This document shows positions 1 to 13,130 of a stretch of 64,000 nucleotides of DNA, piece after piece. How positions within the stretch are numbered: position 1 is the first letter of the stretch; every line of letters begins with the position of its first letter. The translations under genes and the position numbers were made by a program. The stretch is taken from positions 4,712,001-4,776,000 of the forward strand of contig OZ024746.1 of NCBI GenBank assembly GCA_964016885.1, written 5' to 3'. Under the pieces are notes generated by a model. That model searched no databases. It saw only the letters and a list, made by a program, of their open reading frames with translations, and was not told the DNA's origin. Source of the stretch: Eledone cirrhosa. Its lineage: Eukaryota.

Positions 1-43
1 TGTGAGATGTGAGAAAAAACACAGACCCTCCATCTCAACTCTA

Positions 44-76
44 CTTTTGAAAAGCAGAAGAACTGCGAAACCGGTA

Positions 77-79
<3 letters not shown>
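44..79 (+). ncRNA. Minimal type I hammerhead ribozyme motif, U3-A8 core variant
   Basis: CUU-UUGAAAA-GCAG(AAGAA)CUGC-GAAA-CCGG-UA/AAG; palindromic stem III (ACCGGU); stem I only 3 bp. Confidence 0.6.
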
Positions 80-504
<425 letters not shown>

Positions 505-831
505 ATATATGTATATGTATTACAAATTATAAAGTAAGAAGTAACACACAGATATATACCTATTTTTTCTTCAATGTCCCGACTGTACAGTTTCGCTGGT
601 CACTATGCAACAGTCCTACATCATAGAGATGCAATATTGTTGTGAGGCAAGATACAATGGGCTTCTGCAATTTCCGCCTACCAAATTCCAATAAGGCGTT
701 GGTCAACCCAAGTCTATTGTAGAAGACATGTCTATATTCCATGCAGTGGGGAGTGAAATCAGAGCCACATGGTTGTGTAGCAAACACCTTAACCACACGA
801 TCATACCTGCCGTTAAAATTCATTAAAAGTA

Positions 832-1394
832 CTAGCAGAAAAACCGCCTGTCGGCTGGTTTTCTGCTAGCATGTGTAGTGTGTATATTGATATTATACGC
901 AAGTATATATGCATGTAGATTATACATCAAATAAAATCGTAATTGACAATGTACACAGAAATGGAATGAAGACTGCGTTACCCTGTCTTATGTAATCAGT
1001 AACGTAATCCATGATACATTAAAAAAAGACGCTATTATATATACCTTACGGGGTCGATAAAATAAATTACCAGTAATACACTGGGTAATTGCTGACCTTG
1101 TGCCAAAAGTAGAAACAATTATATATAAACTTCATTAGGAGAAAATTAGTGACGGAAAATATATGAATGTTTATTTAAGCGATCGCAAACCGGAAGTGTT
1201 CACATTTGAGAATTTTAAAGAAGTGAATAAGCAACAATCTTGTTTATATTTAATCAAGAATAACGAAATTTAGTAGATAAATTATGTAATATTAATTCAT
1301 TATTTATTCAAAGTAATCCAACTTATTTTACAAACGGGATAAAAAAAAATATATTCTGGACGCAGTCCCGCACTCTACTTTTAGATAGTTTAGA
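832..1394 (-). mobile_element. Non-autonomous Helitron-like element with nested SINE fragment (about 1043-1121)
   Basis: Minus strand begins A|TC and ends with a hairpin and CTAG|T; closely similar copy at 48859-49347. Confidence 0.7.
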
Positions 1395-1891
1395 TTTTTT
1401 ACTTTATTGTATTAATCATATATGTGTATAGAAAATCATAAGCAGCCCATTTTTCAAGGAACTCAAGCGGTCGATGCATCTCGATACCCCTTGCTTCCTC
1501 ATGGACGCACCGTTTGATAACCACTGTTCTATATACACTGTATGGGGACTAATATATATATTTCAAACAATTATAGATCCCAGTTGTTTTTTAGTCCCAG
1601 GTCATCAATCTCTGATCAAACAAACTTTGGGTTAAAAGTATTCCAACTGTGAACATTCTACGTTAACCAATCTTGTTCAACAGTTTGGTGTCATTCGTTT
1701 AAGATGTAACTATTATTTCTAGCAGATGACTCAACCACCATAAGAATCTCATGCTGAATAGGGCGTATTTAGTTACTTAGATCTGATTAGAAACTAGTAA
1801 TCGTGGAAATTAGAAATGAAGAATAAATATTAAACATGACAAGTATCTTCAGAATTTATGTATTTGACTGATAAAATGACAAGTCAGTCAA

Positions 1892-2240
1892 TCATATTGG
1901 TGGCCTCCCCACAGCCCCGGCGGACAGGATGGAGAAGGCGTTTCCCCGGAGGACGGGAAGGGAGATGCGCTGGAAAAGCCATTCTAACTCGCGAGGCTCA
2001 CACCTGCGGCTGGCCAGCTTAGCGCCTATGGTGGTGAGTAGGGAGGTAACCCTAGGGCCGAGGACACCAGAAGTCTCCACTGCCAAGGGTACAACCGCAA
2101 ACCTGTCGGAAAACGACCGGTATTTAAGAGTTTGGCCTCCTCAGCCCGACGTGCGGCAGAACCTGGGTTAGTCGCAGACTGCACCAGGTTGGGGCTGCAG
2201 AAAGTGTCGGTGCAAGTGGCATCCCAGACGAGAAGAACAA
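1892..2240 (-). mobile_element. CRE-like non-LTR retrotransposon 3' fragment (RLE domain)
   Basis: VWDATCTDTF...AARRAEEAK; AVETSGVLGP...WLFQRISLPVLRGNAFSIL; frameshifted. Confidence 0.7.
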
Positions 2241-2606
2241 CAAACAAGAGAACAAATGACAGCCAATCTCTCTCAAATCACATCTTATTGTCTACATAAA
2301 AGGGACACATTGGACAATTTAGGTCTGGATATATAAGAAGACGTGATAGTCACAGCTAATGTGGGTTTGATTATAGGTCTGCAGGATAAGAGCAGGCCTG
2401 TCTAACAAGAATTGATTCTTTTTAGAAGAATAATTATAGAAAAACAGTCAGGGACGCCTACTCATGAAACTTTAACAGTAAAGAGACTATCAGAGCGAGA
2501 TTAATGGACGATCATTTACAAACGTCCCAGTTCAAGTTTAGTTTGAGTAACTGCTTGCTCCCTCTCTCTCTCTCTATATATATATATATATCACTCTCTC
2601 TCTCTC

Positions 2607-2679
<73 letters not shown>

Positions 2680-2689
2680 CTCTCTCTCG

Positions 2690-2930
2690 AGCCCGAAAGC
2701 CCATCAGGCCGGTACTTATCCCAGTTTCCGTGGCATGAAATGACAGAGTATAAGACATCCCTTCTGGACAGGACGTCAGTCCATCACTGTGATAAACCAC
2801 CAGTTACTACTGGTACTCATTTTCAGCTGAGTATACGGAAGCAACATGAAATGAAGTGTTTTGCTCAAGAACACAACTCACAACCCAGTTCAGGAATCGA
2901 ACCCACGACATTATGATCGCAAGTCCAACA
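2690..2930 (-). mobile_element. tRNA-derived SINE family B (also about 6880-7085 +, 63895-64000 -)
   Basis: B-box GGTTCGATTCC on minus; shared GTGTTCTTGAGCAAAACACTT core in several copies. Confidence 0.65.
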
Positions 2931-2952
2931 CACTATTTATATATATATGGGT

Positions 2953-3024
2953 GATGTGTTGGTGTAAATGGTAGCACAGTGGTCTGGATAACCAAAGATG
3001 TGGGTTCGACTCCCATGTACATCA
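2953..3024 (+). pseudogene. tRNA-like cloverleaf (anticodon GGA, no long variable arm), probable pseudo-tRNA or SINE head
   Basis: Acceptor GATGTGT/GTACATC, D arm GTGT/GCAC, anticodon stem with G-A mismatch, T arm GTGGG-TTCGACT-CCCAT, T5 run at 3034. Confidence 0.5.
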
Positions 3025-3218
3025 ATACTCAACTTTTTCCATTTATCTGAGGGTTCTTAACCCCATTATCAGACTAAAATTTCTTTTGTCAAAAAAGCTA
3101 TTCTATTTTCTAATTTCAAACCTGCTCACTGTAAAATCTCCCCATTTTGCCTCATTTCTCCGTTTTGGAGCACTTTTTTTCATGGTACTCCCCGTTTGGG
3201 TTTTTAGAGGTTGGCAGG

Positions 3219-3259
<41 letters not shown>

Positions 3260-3373
3260 TCTACTTTTGGCACAAGGCCAGCAATTATCCCAGTGCATTA
3301 CTGGTACTTTATCCTTACGTGGTCGATAAAATAAAGTACCAGTAATTGCTGGCCTTGTGCCAAATGTAGAAAC

Positions 3374-3418
<45 letters not shown>

Positions 3419-3496
3419 TATAAGTTTATCCCGGGTTTAATCGGAGGTAACCACAGTAAGTAAGGTACTCAATTCATAGCAGAGTATTAATATTTA

Positions 3497-3612
3497 ATAT
3501 ATAGAAAGGCTTCTACGGGACTAGAACTGTTTCATTCGGTAGAAATCATCAGGCTTCCTGGTGGTTTCTACCGAATTAAACAGTTGTAGTCCTGTAGAAG
3601 CATTTCTATATA
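3497..3612. repeat. Imperfect hairpin made of two head-to-head hammerhead-like copies
   Basis: About 56-bp arms with 6 mismatches; arm consensus gives AGGCUUC-CUGAUGA-..-GAAA-CAG..CUG-UA/GAAGCCU. Confidence 0.7.
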
Positions 3613-3950
3613 TATATATATGTATATATGTATATATATCTATATATATCCCTCTGTCGACCCAACTATGAGGAGTCACTGAGTGGTATAGTGACGGGAG
3701 TGCTGTATCAAGCAACATCTGACTCACACTTCATGAGTCTTCCTATAAATATTTCATTCCATTATTACTTGGCACGCCGTTAGATAATTAATAAGACACA
3801 ATCTCAAACACGACAATAACCAATCAATATAATTATAATATATTTTTTTAAAGAAACGATTTACAAACAACAAAAAGAGAAACAATGCAGAAACAAATTT
3901 CTTAATTCTCTGCTAAAAATGAATATTTCTAAGACAGGCGTAAATATTCG

Positions 3951-3953
3951 CTC

Positions 3954-3985
<32 letters not shown>

Positions 3986-4034
3986 GAGTCAGTCTCTCTC
4001 TCCCTTTCTCTCTCTCACACACACGCAGAGTCAG

Positions 4035-4067
<33 letters not shown>

Positions 4068-4116
4068 GAGTCAGTCTCTCTCTCCCTTTCTCTCTCTCAC
4101 ACACACGCAGAGTCAG

Positions 4117-4149
<33 letters not shown>

Positions 4150-4198
4150 GAGTCAGTCTCTCTCTCTCTTTCTCTCTCTCACACACACGCAGAGTCAG

Positions 4199-4229
<31 letters not shown>

Positions 4230-4278
4230 GAGTCAGTCTCTCTCTCTCTTTCTCTCTCTCACACACACGCAGAGTCAG

Positions 4279-4309
<31 letters not shown>

Positions 4310-4590
4310 GAGTCAGTCTCTCTCTCTCTTTCTCTCTCTCACACACACGCAGAGTCAGTCTCTCTCTCTCACACACACACACTGTCTCTCTCTCTCACAC
4401 ACACACACACAGAGTCAGTCTCTCTCTCTCTTTCTCTCTCTCACACACACGCAGAGTCAGTCTCTCTCTCTCACACACACACACTGTCTCTCTCTCACAC
4501 ACACACACACACAGAGTCAGTCTCTCTCTCTCTTTCTCTCTCTCACACACACGCAGAGTCAGTCTCTCTCTCTCTCTCTCACACACACAT
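3951..4590. repeat. Compound (CT)n(CA)n-GAGTCAGT microsatellite array
   Basis: Direct inspection. Confidence 0.95.
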
Positions 4591-5179
4591 ATATTGTCAT
4601 TCCTATAACCACCACTACTATTTCCAATACTATCATTACCGTAGCCAAACTGCTGCTGTCCCTGTCGTCTAGACCACCACCACACAACACCACCACCACC
4701 ACCACCACAACAACACCACAACACCACCACCACCACCACACCACCACCACCACCACAACAACAACAACAACACCACAATCACCCCACCCCTATTCCCACT
4801 TGCCCACCACCACCACACCACTTATTCCACCCCCATTCTTAGGGACCCGAGAATAAGAGAAAGGAACTTAGGGTATCCTAGAATTGAAACTGGGTTCAGT
4901 TTCATCTTACTAAAAGCTTACCTTTAGCTTTACACCTTTTATCACATCCTTACAATAAACAGTAATTTTGTTTAATATAAAATGTAACTAAATAAATCGA
5001 CCTCAGTATATTACTGGTGCTTAATAAATTGCCTGAATGAATGGAAAATGCAATTAATCTCGGCTGCATCAGAACTCAATAGTTTTAATTAAATAATTTA
5101 GTAATACATTCATTTCAACACTCATCTTAAAATAAATTATTAATAATTACTTTAAATAATTTTATTCCTTCATTTATTT

Positions 5180-6792
5180 GTTTGTGGACCGTAGAATCCT
5201 TTAGTGGAGTCCAGGCTGTTTGTGGACCGTGGGGTCCTTTAGTGGAGTCCAGGCTGTTTGTGGACCGTGGGGTCCTTTAGTGGAGTCCAGGCTGTTTGTG
5301 GGCCCTGGGGTCCTTTAGTGGAGTCCAGGCTGTTTGTGGACCGTGGGGTCCTTTAGTGGAGTCCAGGCTGTTTGTGGGCCGTGGGGTCCTTTAGTGGAGT
5401 CCAGGCTGTTTGTGGACCGTGGGATCCTTTAGTGGAGTCCAGGCTGTTTGTGGACCGTGGGGTCCTTTAGTGGAGTCCAGGCTGTTTGTGGGCCCTGGGG
5501 TCCTTTAGTGGAGTCCAGGCTGTTTGTGGACCGTGGGGTCCTTTAGTGGAGTCCAGGCTGTTTGTGGGCCCTGGGGTCCTTTAGTGGAGTCCAGGCTGTT
5601 TGTGGACCGTGGGGTCCTTTAGTGGAGTCCAGGCTGTTTGTGAGCCGTGGGGTCCTTTAGTGGAGTCCAGGCTGTTTGTGGGCCGTGGGGTCCTTTAGTG
5701 GAGTCCAGGCTGTTTGTGGACCGTGGGGTCCTTTAGTGGAGTCCAGGCTGTTTGTGGGCCCTGGCGTCCTTTAGTGGAGTCCAGGCTGCTTGTGGACCGT
5801 GGGGTCCTTTAGTGGAGTCCAGGCTGTTTGTGGGCCGTGGGGTCCTTTAGTGGAGTCCAGGCTGTTTGTGGACCGTGGGATCCTTTAGTGGAGTCCAGGC
5901 TGTTTGTGGACCGTGGGGTCCTTTAGTGGAGTCCAGGCTGTTTGTGGACCGTGGGGTCCTTTAGTGGAGTCCAGGCTGTTTGTGGGCCCTGGGGTCCTTT
6001 AGTGGAGTCCAGGCTGTTTGTGGACCGTGGGGTCCTTTAGTGGAGTCCAGGCTGTTTGTGGACCGTGGGATCCTTTAGTGGAGTCCAGGCTGTTTGTGGA
6101 CCGTGGGGTCCTTTAGTGGAGTCCAGGCTGTTTGTGGACCGTGGGGTCCTTTAGTGGAGTCCAGGCTGTTTGTGGACCGTGGGATCCTTTAGTGGAGTCC
6201 AGGCTGTTTGTGGGCCGTGGGGTCCTTTAGTGGAGTCCAGGCTGTTTGTGAACCGTGGGGTCCTTTAGTGGAGTCCAGGCTGTTTGTGGGCCGTGGGGTC
6301 CTTTAGTGGAGTCCAGGCTGTTTGTGAACCGTGGGGTCCTTTAGTGGAGTCCAGGCTGTTTGTGGGCCGTGGGGTCCTTTAGTGGAGTCCAGGCTGTTTG
6401 TGGACCGTGGGGTCCTTTAGTGGAGTCCAGGCTGTTTGTGGACCGTGGGGTCCTTTAGTGGAGTCCAGGCTGTTTGTGGACCGTGGGGTCCTTTAGTGGA
6501 GTCCAGGCTGTTTGTGGACCGTGGGATCCTTTAGTGGAGTCCAGGCTGTTTGTGGACCGTGGGGTCCTTTAGTGGAGTCCAGGCTGTTTGTGAGCCGTGG
6601 GGTCCTTTAGTGGAGTCCAGGCTGTTTGTGGGCCGTGGGGTCCTTTAGTGGAGTCCAGGCTGTTTGTGAACCGTGGGATCCTTTAGTGGAGTCCAGGCTG
6701 TTTGTGGACCGTGGGGTCCTTTAGTGGAGTCCAGGCTGTTTGTGGACCGTGGGGTCCTTTAGTGGAGTCCAGGCTGTTTGTGGACCGTGGGG
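5180..6792. repeat. 38-bp minisatellite, about 42 copies
   Basis: Unit GTTTGTGGACCGTGGGGTCCTTTAGTGGAGTCCAGGCT. Confidence 0.97.
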
Positions 6793-9009
6793 TATATTAA
6801 TGGAGTCGAGGCTGTTGCAAGTATTTGGACAGATCTCTGGTCTAAGACTAACTTCTTACTTTCTTCCCATCATCTTCGGACATACCATCACAACGTCATG
6901 GGTTCCATTCATAGTCTGGGTTGTGTTCTTCAGCAAAACACTTCCTTTCACATTGAAAATGAGTAGCAGCAATAGCTGAGAGTTTAACCCTGCGATGGAC
7001 TGACGTCCTGTCCAGGGGGAAGTGTTGTACTCTCAGTCGCTCCATGCCACGAAACCGCGGCTTGACGAACCTTCTGGCTTGAGACTTTAGACTCTCTACA
7101 CTCCGAGTTTAATTCCTGCTAAGGTCAACCTTACTTTTTGTTTTTTTTCTAGGTCGATAAATTAATTACCTAGGGCGGTTGATTAACGAAATTGTTAGGG
7201 CGTCGGGTGGAGTTCTTTGCGGTATACGTACTGGTTCTTTGTACTTTAACGTCAATACCAGCGATGAGACTGGTACCAAACGGTATCTGTCTTTGTTCTT
7301 CCCTTAGATAACATCGGGGACGTGGAGAAGGGAAACATGGACAACTGCTGGTGTTCCATTTAAAAACAAGATTTTTCTGAGCCTTCGTCCTGGAGGAATT
7401 TTTCAGGTATAGATCCATATGTAGGCCCTCATATATGTGTATGTGTGTCCCAATGACATAGATCACTCCAGTAGGATATATCAATTCAATCGTACATCAT
7501 GAATATTTAAATAAAATATCATTCGATTCAAATGACAACCCCCATCCACATGTCCTCTTCGATTATGTGGCCCAATACCACCAATCACTCAAGTTTGGAT
7601 CACACATTGTTTATGTGACATTTCCATAACTCATTCGGGGATAATAGATCTTTCTGCCAACATATTTGTCATAGAGAAAAAAACAACCTAACAGAGCTTA
7701 TCTTTCATCAAGCTATACCCACTGAGGTATTTCAACTCAATATTACGAATTAATATCACCAGATAGAACAAATTTATATATTTTATCCACATACCTTTAA
7801 CCTGATTAGATAGTGATATTTATCAATAATCCTCATACTAAACCATATACATTAATAACTAATAGTTGACTTTGTTCGTTTTCACACAAACATTACACCG
7901 AAATCTGAATGCATACAATTTTCTGGTCGGTGCCGGATAATCTATGACAATAGAGAAAGCATGCTCTCATTTCCTTTCTTAAAGCTAAAATCTGTCTCTG
8001 GGTACAGGAGAACAAATATCTCCCACACTGATACCTAATCTCAAGTGATACTTTGAAGTAAAGCCTCACTCCAGAAAATACATTTCCATACTATATATTC
8101 ATTATATAACGTATAAATACAATCTGGTACTGGCGACAAAGAGGAGAAAGGAAAGTGGGGGGGGGGGGGTCTTTCAGAACCACTCTCTGGAATCCAATCC
8201 AGTATCCGTGGAAAGTGTTAAATTATAATACACGGGCATGTATGTGTTTAAGAAACGATCATCTATTCGTGCAATGTCACATGTAGGTGATGTCATCAAG
8301 AGAAAGCTGGGTCGGTTTAGAAACAACAGTAATCTCCCAACTGAAAATATCGCTAGTTAAGGATTAGGTCTTGTCTTTCATCTATTATGTAACTTTATAC
8401 AAAACACACAAGTATCCAATTTACGGCACCTAATCAAGATCTCCAGCTTGCTAAATATATAACTAAAAGAGACGAATAGAGTTTGTATTGCAGAAAGCAG
8501 CATTAAAGATCAAAAGAATTGTTTAAAACCGAAGATTACTAACTTGCTATTTTGAATAAAAGCCATTATCAGTATGTATATCATGTTTATATTTATGTCA
8601 GTTAGTCACAGCTAGTCGATTTGATGAACAATCCTATGGCGATCATTTCTATCTTATCTTGTAGTTAACTTCCGTTGGTTCATACCAGTTATCTTATCTT
8701 GTAGTTAACTTCCGTTGGTTCATACCAGTTAATAGCAACACAGTAGCAACAGTAATAAATTCCTCATTTACTGAGTCTATAATATAGTTTCGACTCCTAC
8801 CTTTAGTTATTTTACTGACGTTATTAATACGCTTAAGAGATGCAAGAATGTCACAACATCCTTCCATCGTCCTCTAAGGTCAATAACTGTTCTCTTGTTT
8901 ACCTTTAATTATTTGAGGCTAAGTAATTTATTCTATTAGCACAGTTTGTCTGTGAGATATATATTTATCGTGCTAACATTACATACAAATAAACGTACAA
9001 TGTCACGAA

Positions 9010-9762
9010 ATGAGCTTACTTCAAGAGCTTACATCATGAGCTTACTTCATGAGCTTACTTCAAGAGCTTACATCATGAGCTTACTTCATGAGCTTACTCC
9101 ATGAGCTTACATCATGAGCTTACTTCATGAGCTTACATCATGAGCTTACTCCATACTTACTTCATGAGCTTACTTCATGAGCTTACTCCATGAGCTTACT
9201 TCATGAGCTTACTCCATGAGCTTACTTCATGAGTTTACTCCATGAGCTTACTCCATGAGCTTACTTCATGAGCTTACATCATAAGCTTACTTAATGAGCT
9301 TACTCCATGAGCTCACTTCATGAGCTTACTCCATGAGCTTACTCCATGAGCTTACTTCATGAGCTTACATCATGAGCTTACTTCATGAGTTTACTCCATG
9401 AGCTTACTTCATGAGCTTACTCCAAGAGCTTACTTCGTGAGCTTACATCATGGGCTTACTTCATGAGCTTACTTCATGAGCTTACATCATGAGCTTACTT
9501 CATGAGTTTACTCCATGAACTTACTTCATGAGCTTACTCCATGAGCTTACTTCATGAGCTTACAACATGAGCTTACTCCATACTTACTTCATGAGCTTAC
9601 TTCATGAGCTTACATCATGAGCTTACATCATAAGTTTACTCCATGAGCTTACTTCATGAGCTTACTCCATGAGCCTACATCATGAGCTTACTTCATGAGT
9701 TTACTCCATGAGCTTACATCATGAGCTTACTCCATGAGCTTACTCGATGAGCTTACTTCATG
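9010..9762. repeat. 13-bp minisatellite, about 57 copies
   Basis: Unit ATGAGCTTACT(T/C)C. Confidence 0.95.
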
Positions 9763-10421
9763 TGCTTTCTCTGGAGTTTGGAAAAACCGTGCTCCCTCCT
9801 TCGCTTATTAAATTTTACTAATCTATCTCTGGTGAAATTTTATTTTAAGTGGTAGCATTCCTGGGATAATTTTCTTTGGAGATTAAAAAACATACATGAC
9901 AAAAAAAAGTACATTACAAGAAATCCCATATGTTATAAAATAAATAGAATGGGTTGGGGTCTTATTATGTAAACTAAATGACTAATTCTGGTTTGTTTTT
10001 TTAAATCAACGGAAACAACCTAGAAAAATTACTGACTTTCCAGCACCACTTATTCCAACTTCCCTGCTTATTCCCTCCACCCCCTATTATTCCACCCGAA
10101 CCCCTATTATTTGAGACCCGTGCAGAATTCAAGACCAAGCCTATGTCTTCTCACCTCACCCACATTCGTGTTATTTCCCAAATCTGGGAAACCATTTAAC
10201 TCAACAGTTCAATCTCTCTGCAATTTCTTTCATACTTTTAACCATTTACTCATTTCAGTCATTGGACTGCGGCCATACTGGGGCACTTCCACCAAGGGTT
10301 TTAGTCGATCATATCAACCATAGAACATTGTTGTATAGTCAGATTTGATCAAACAACTCTATGACATGTTGGTAGAAGAATAAACGATATAGAGAAGATT
10401 GATCAGTGGGTTTCGCTATCT

Positions 10422-11196
10422 GAAGACAATACGGAATTCCCCGACATACAGTCATGAACCATACGAGATAGTGTGACAGTTGGAAGACAATAGGGAATTC
10501 CCCGACATACAGTCATGAACCATACGAGATAGTGTGACAGTTGGAAGACAATAGGGAATTCCCCGACATACAGTCATGAACCATACGAGGTAGTGTGACA
10601 GTTGGAAGACAATAGGGAATTCCCCGACATACAGTCATGAACCATACGAGATAGTGTGACAGTTGGAAGACAATAGGGAATTCCCCGACATACAGTCATG
10701 AACCATACGAGATAGTGTGACAGTTGGAAGACAATAGGGAATTCCCCGACATACAGTCATGAACCATACGAGGTAGTGTGACAGTTGGAAGACAATAGGG
10801 AATTCCCCGACATACAGTCATGAACCATACGAGGTAGTGTGACAGTTGGAAGACAATAGGGAATTCCCCGACATACAGTCATGAACCATACGAGATAGTG
10901 TGACAGTTGGAAGACAATAGGGAATTCCCCGACATACAGTCATGAACCATACGAGATAGTGTGACAGTTGGAAGACAATAGGGAATTCCCCGACATACAG
11001 TCATGAACCATACAAGATAGTGTGACAGTTGGAAGACAATAGGGAATTCCCCGACATACAGTCATGAACCATACGAGATACAGTGTGACGGAAGACAACA
11101 GGGAATTCTCCGACATACAGCCATGAACCATACGAGATACAGTGTGACAGTTGGAAGACAATACGGAATTCCCCGACATACAGTGAGACAGTTGGA
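10422..11196. repeat. 61-bp minisatellite, about 12 copies
   Basis: Unit GAAGACAATAGGGAATTCCCCGACATACAGTCATGAACCATACGAGATAGTGTGACAGTTG. Confidence 0.95.
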
Positions 11197-11661
11197 ACAT
11201 GCTGCATTGTCTCCATTGCCCAGTCTATTTCTGTAATTGTTTTACACAGTCTTATATAACATTTATGTAGAGAATGGTAGTTATTGTTCCACAGCTATTA
11301 TTGTTGTTGGTGTATATCTCAGCACAGTAATTCGTCATTCGGAAATATTTTATTACATGTACAAACGACAGTTGATATGTATCTACAAGCAGCCAACTCT
11401 AAAACACTTATAAAGGTGAATATTTTTACAAAGTCTACAAACTACTCATATCTAAAATAATTCTAAAAAATACTTCTGTACGCATTTCAATCCGGTACTT
11501 ATTTTATCGATCTCTATTTATCGAAAGGCTAAGCTGCCGTTTTTTTTTTTTTTTTTTTTTTTTTTACTTAAAGAGACGCTGCACCAGCAAAAATAATCAT
11601 TAATACATCTGAACAGTTTCTGACTACTAAAGTTCATTCCTAACGTCAACATGGAACTACA

Positions 11662-11703
<42 letters not shown>

Positions 11704-11987
11704 TTCAAGAGTAACCAATCTTAAAGAGAGAGATGGAGATAGGAGAGGAGAAGAGAGATTGGTGAATTAGTTAGAAGCCAAAAGCGTAAAGGCATGTGCT
11801 CAATGTGCAATATACAGTGGAAGGCAGATAGATGGCTGGGTTCATGCAGAGGTTAGGTGCACAGAGCTGGAAATATTCATTAGTTAAGCAAAACAAGACC
11901 ACAAATTTCACAAGGAAGACATTATTAAAAGATTGTCAACATAGTTTTAGTTTAATGTAAGGAATGTAGAGAATAATAATAATAATA

Positions 11988-12029
<42 letters not shown>

Positions 12030-12821
12030 AGAAATAACAAGACAAAACGATTCAGTACATTGGAAAAAAAAGAATTAGTTTAACGCTTGAAATAGCAGTA
12101 GAAAATACTTTCCCATGGTTTCCAGCCTAGAATCACGCGGTTATAAGAGTTTCTTTCTTATAAAACTATAGAAAGCAATTGCATAGAAGGTGCAGGCGTG
12201 ACTGCAGAGTAAGAAGTTCGTTTCGAAAGCTAATCCTTTTAGTTTTAGTTCCAATGTGTGGCCCCTTGCATATCTTGTACTTTAGCCCCGGTTTGACAAA
12301 TGTATTGTCAGTTAATTGGTTGACTGAAACTGCAGGAGGTTGTGCTTGTAAGGGAAGACACCGTTTATAAAAAAGAATGATTCGACGAAACTTGGGGAGG
12401 GTCATATTGTTGTAATAATATTGCCAGAAATAATAACAGAACACACTCACTGTTTGGTTGGTTTGTTTTCGCTTCTGCATCTTTTATATCTGCATAGTTA
12501 ATTTATTTGGCAATCAATGTTTATCATTGACTGACCAACGGTTAAAAATACAGATATAAGTATATATATATAGTCTAACAAAGTTCTTTCGTTGCACATC
12601 TGCAACATCATCAGTGGTACTATTATCATGTTCCCCCCTATTGTATTGCATTGTGATGTTTACGCCATTTTTATTTTATTTATTTATTTTAATCTCCGTA
12701 AACGTCAGGAAGGACAATTGGTCGAAGTAAACCTGCCTCCATAACTCTCGAATCAACTCATACCAGCATGGAAAGCAAATGTAAAAACGATAGGAGGGTT
12801 ATGGCTTGAATCTTAGATCAT

Positions 12822-13130
12822 AGGTCCGCTGGAGTTGAACTTAACGGAAGTGAAACCGACAAAAGTAACTTATTCTTTTCATCATTGATGGCTCGCCTTA
12901 CTGAGGTGTCAGGTGATGCCCGTGAGGGTGTTTGGTTGTTTCTGCACCTTAGCCTCGCCATCATCTGTGGTGATGTTGCGAGTGTGTTGGCTTGTCTCAA
13001 AGAGTTCCCTTCACCCTTATGGTGTGCGGTCGAATGTCGCACTTGGTGGTGAATTGATGGTCGTTTTTGTTTCCCCCTTTTTTTCTTGTTTTTATTTTCT
13101 CTCTCTATTGTATGCGTTTATAAACGACAT
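12822..13130 (+). mobile_element. CRE-like retrotransposon 3' fragment
   Basis: GVELNGS...LMARLTEVSGDAREGVWLFLHLSLAIICGDVASVLAC matches the C-terminus seen at 1892-2086. Confidence 0.55.

Noticed and set aside
3558-3564. A-to-G changes in the hairpin core as a trace of ADAR editing plus retrotransposition
   Set aside because: Only 2 of 6 arm mismatches are A/G. The rest are other substitution types.
3919-4778. Low-complexity ORFs (also 30300-30862, 51216-52452, 60011-61789)
   Set aside because: Products of microsatellites or compositionally skewed tracts.
5180-11196. CRISPR-like appearance of the 38-bp and 61-bp arrays with dyad symmetry
   Set aside because: Units are head-to-tail with no unique spacers, there are no cas genes, and the context is eukaryotic.
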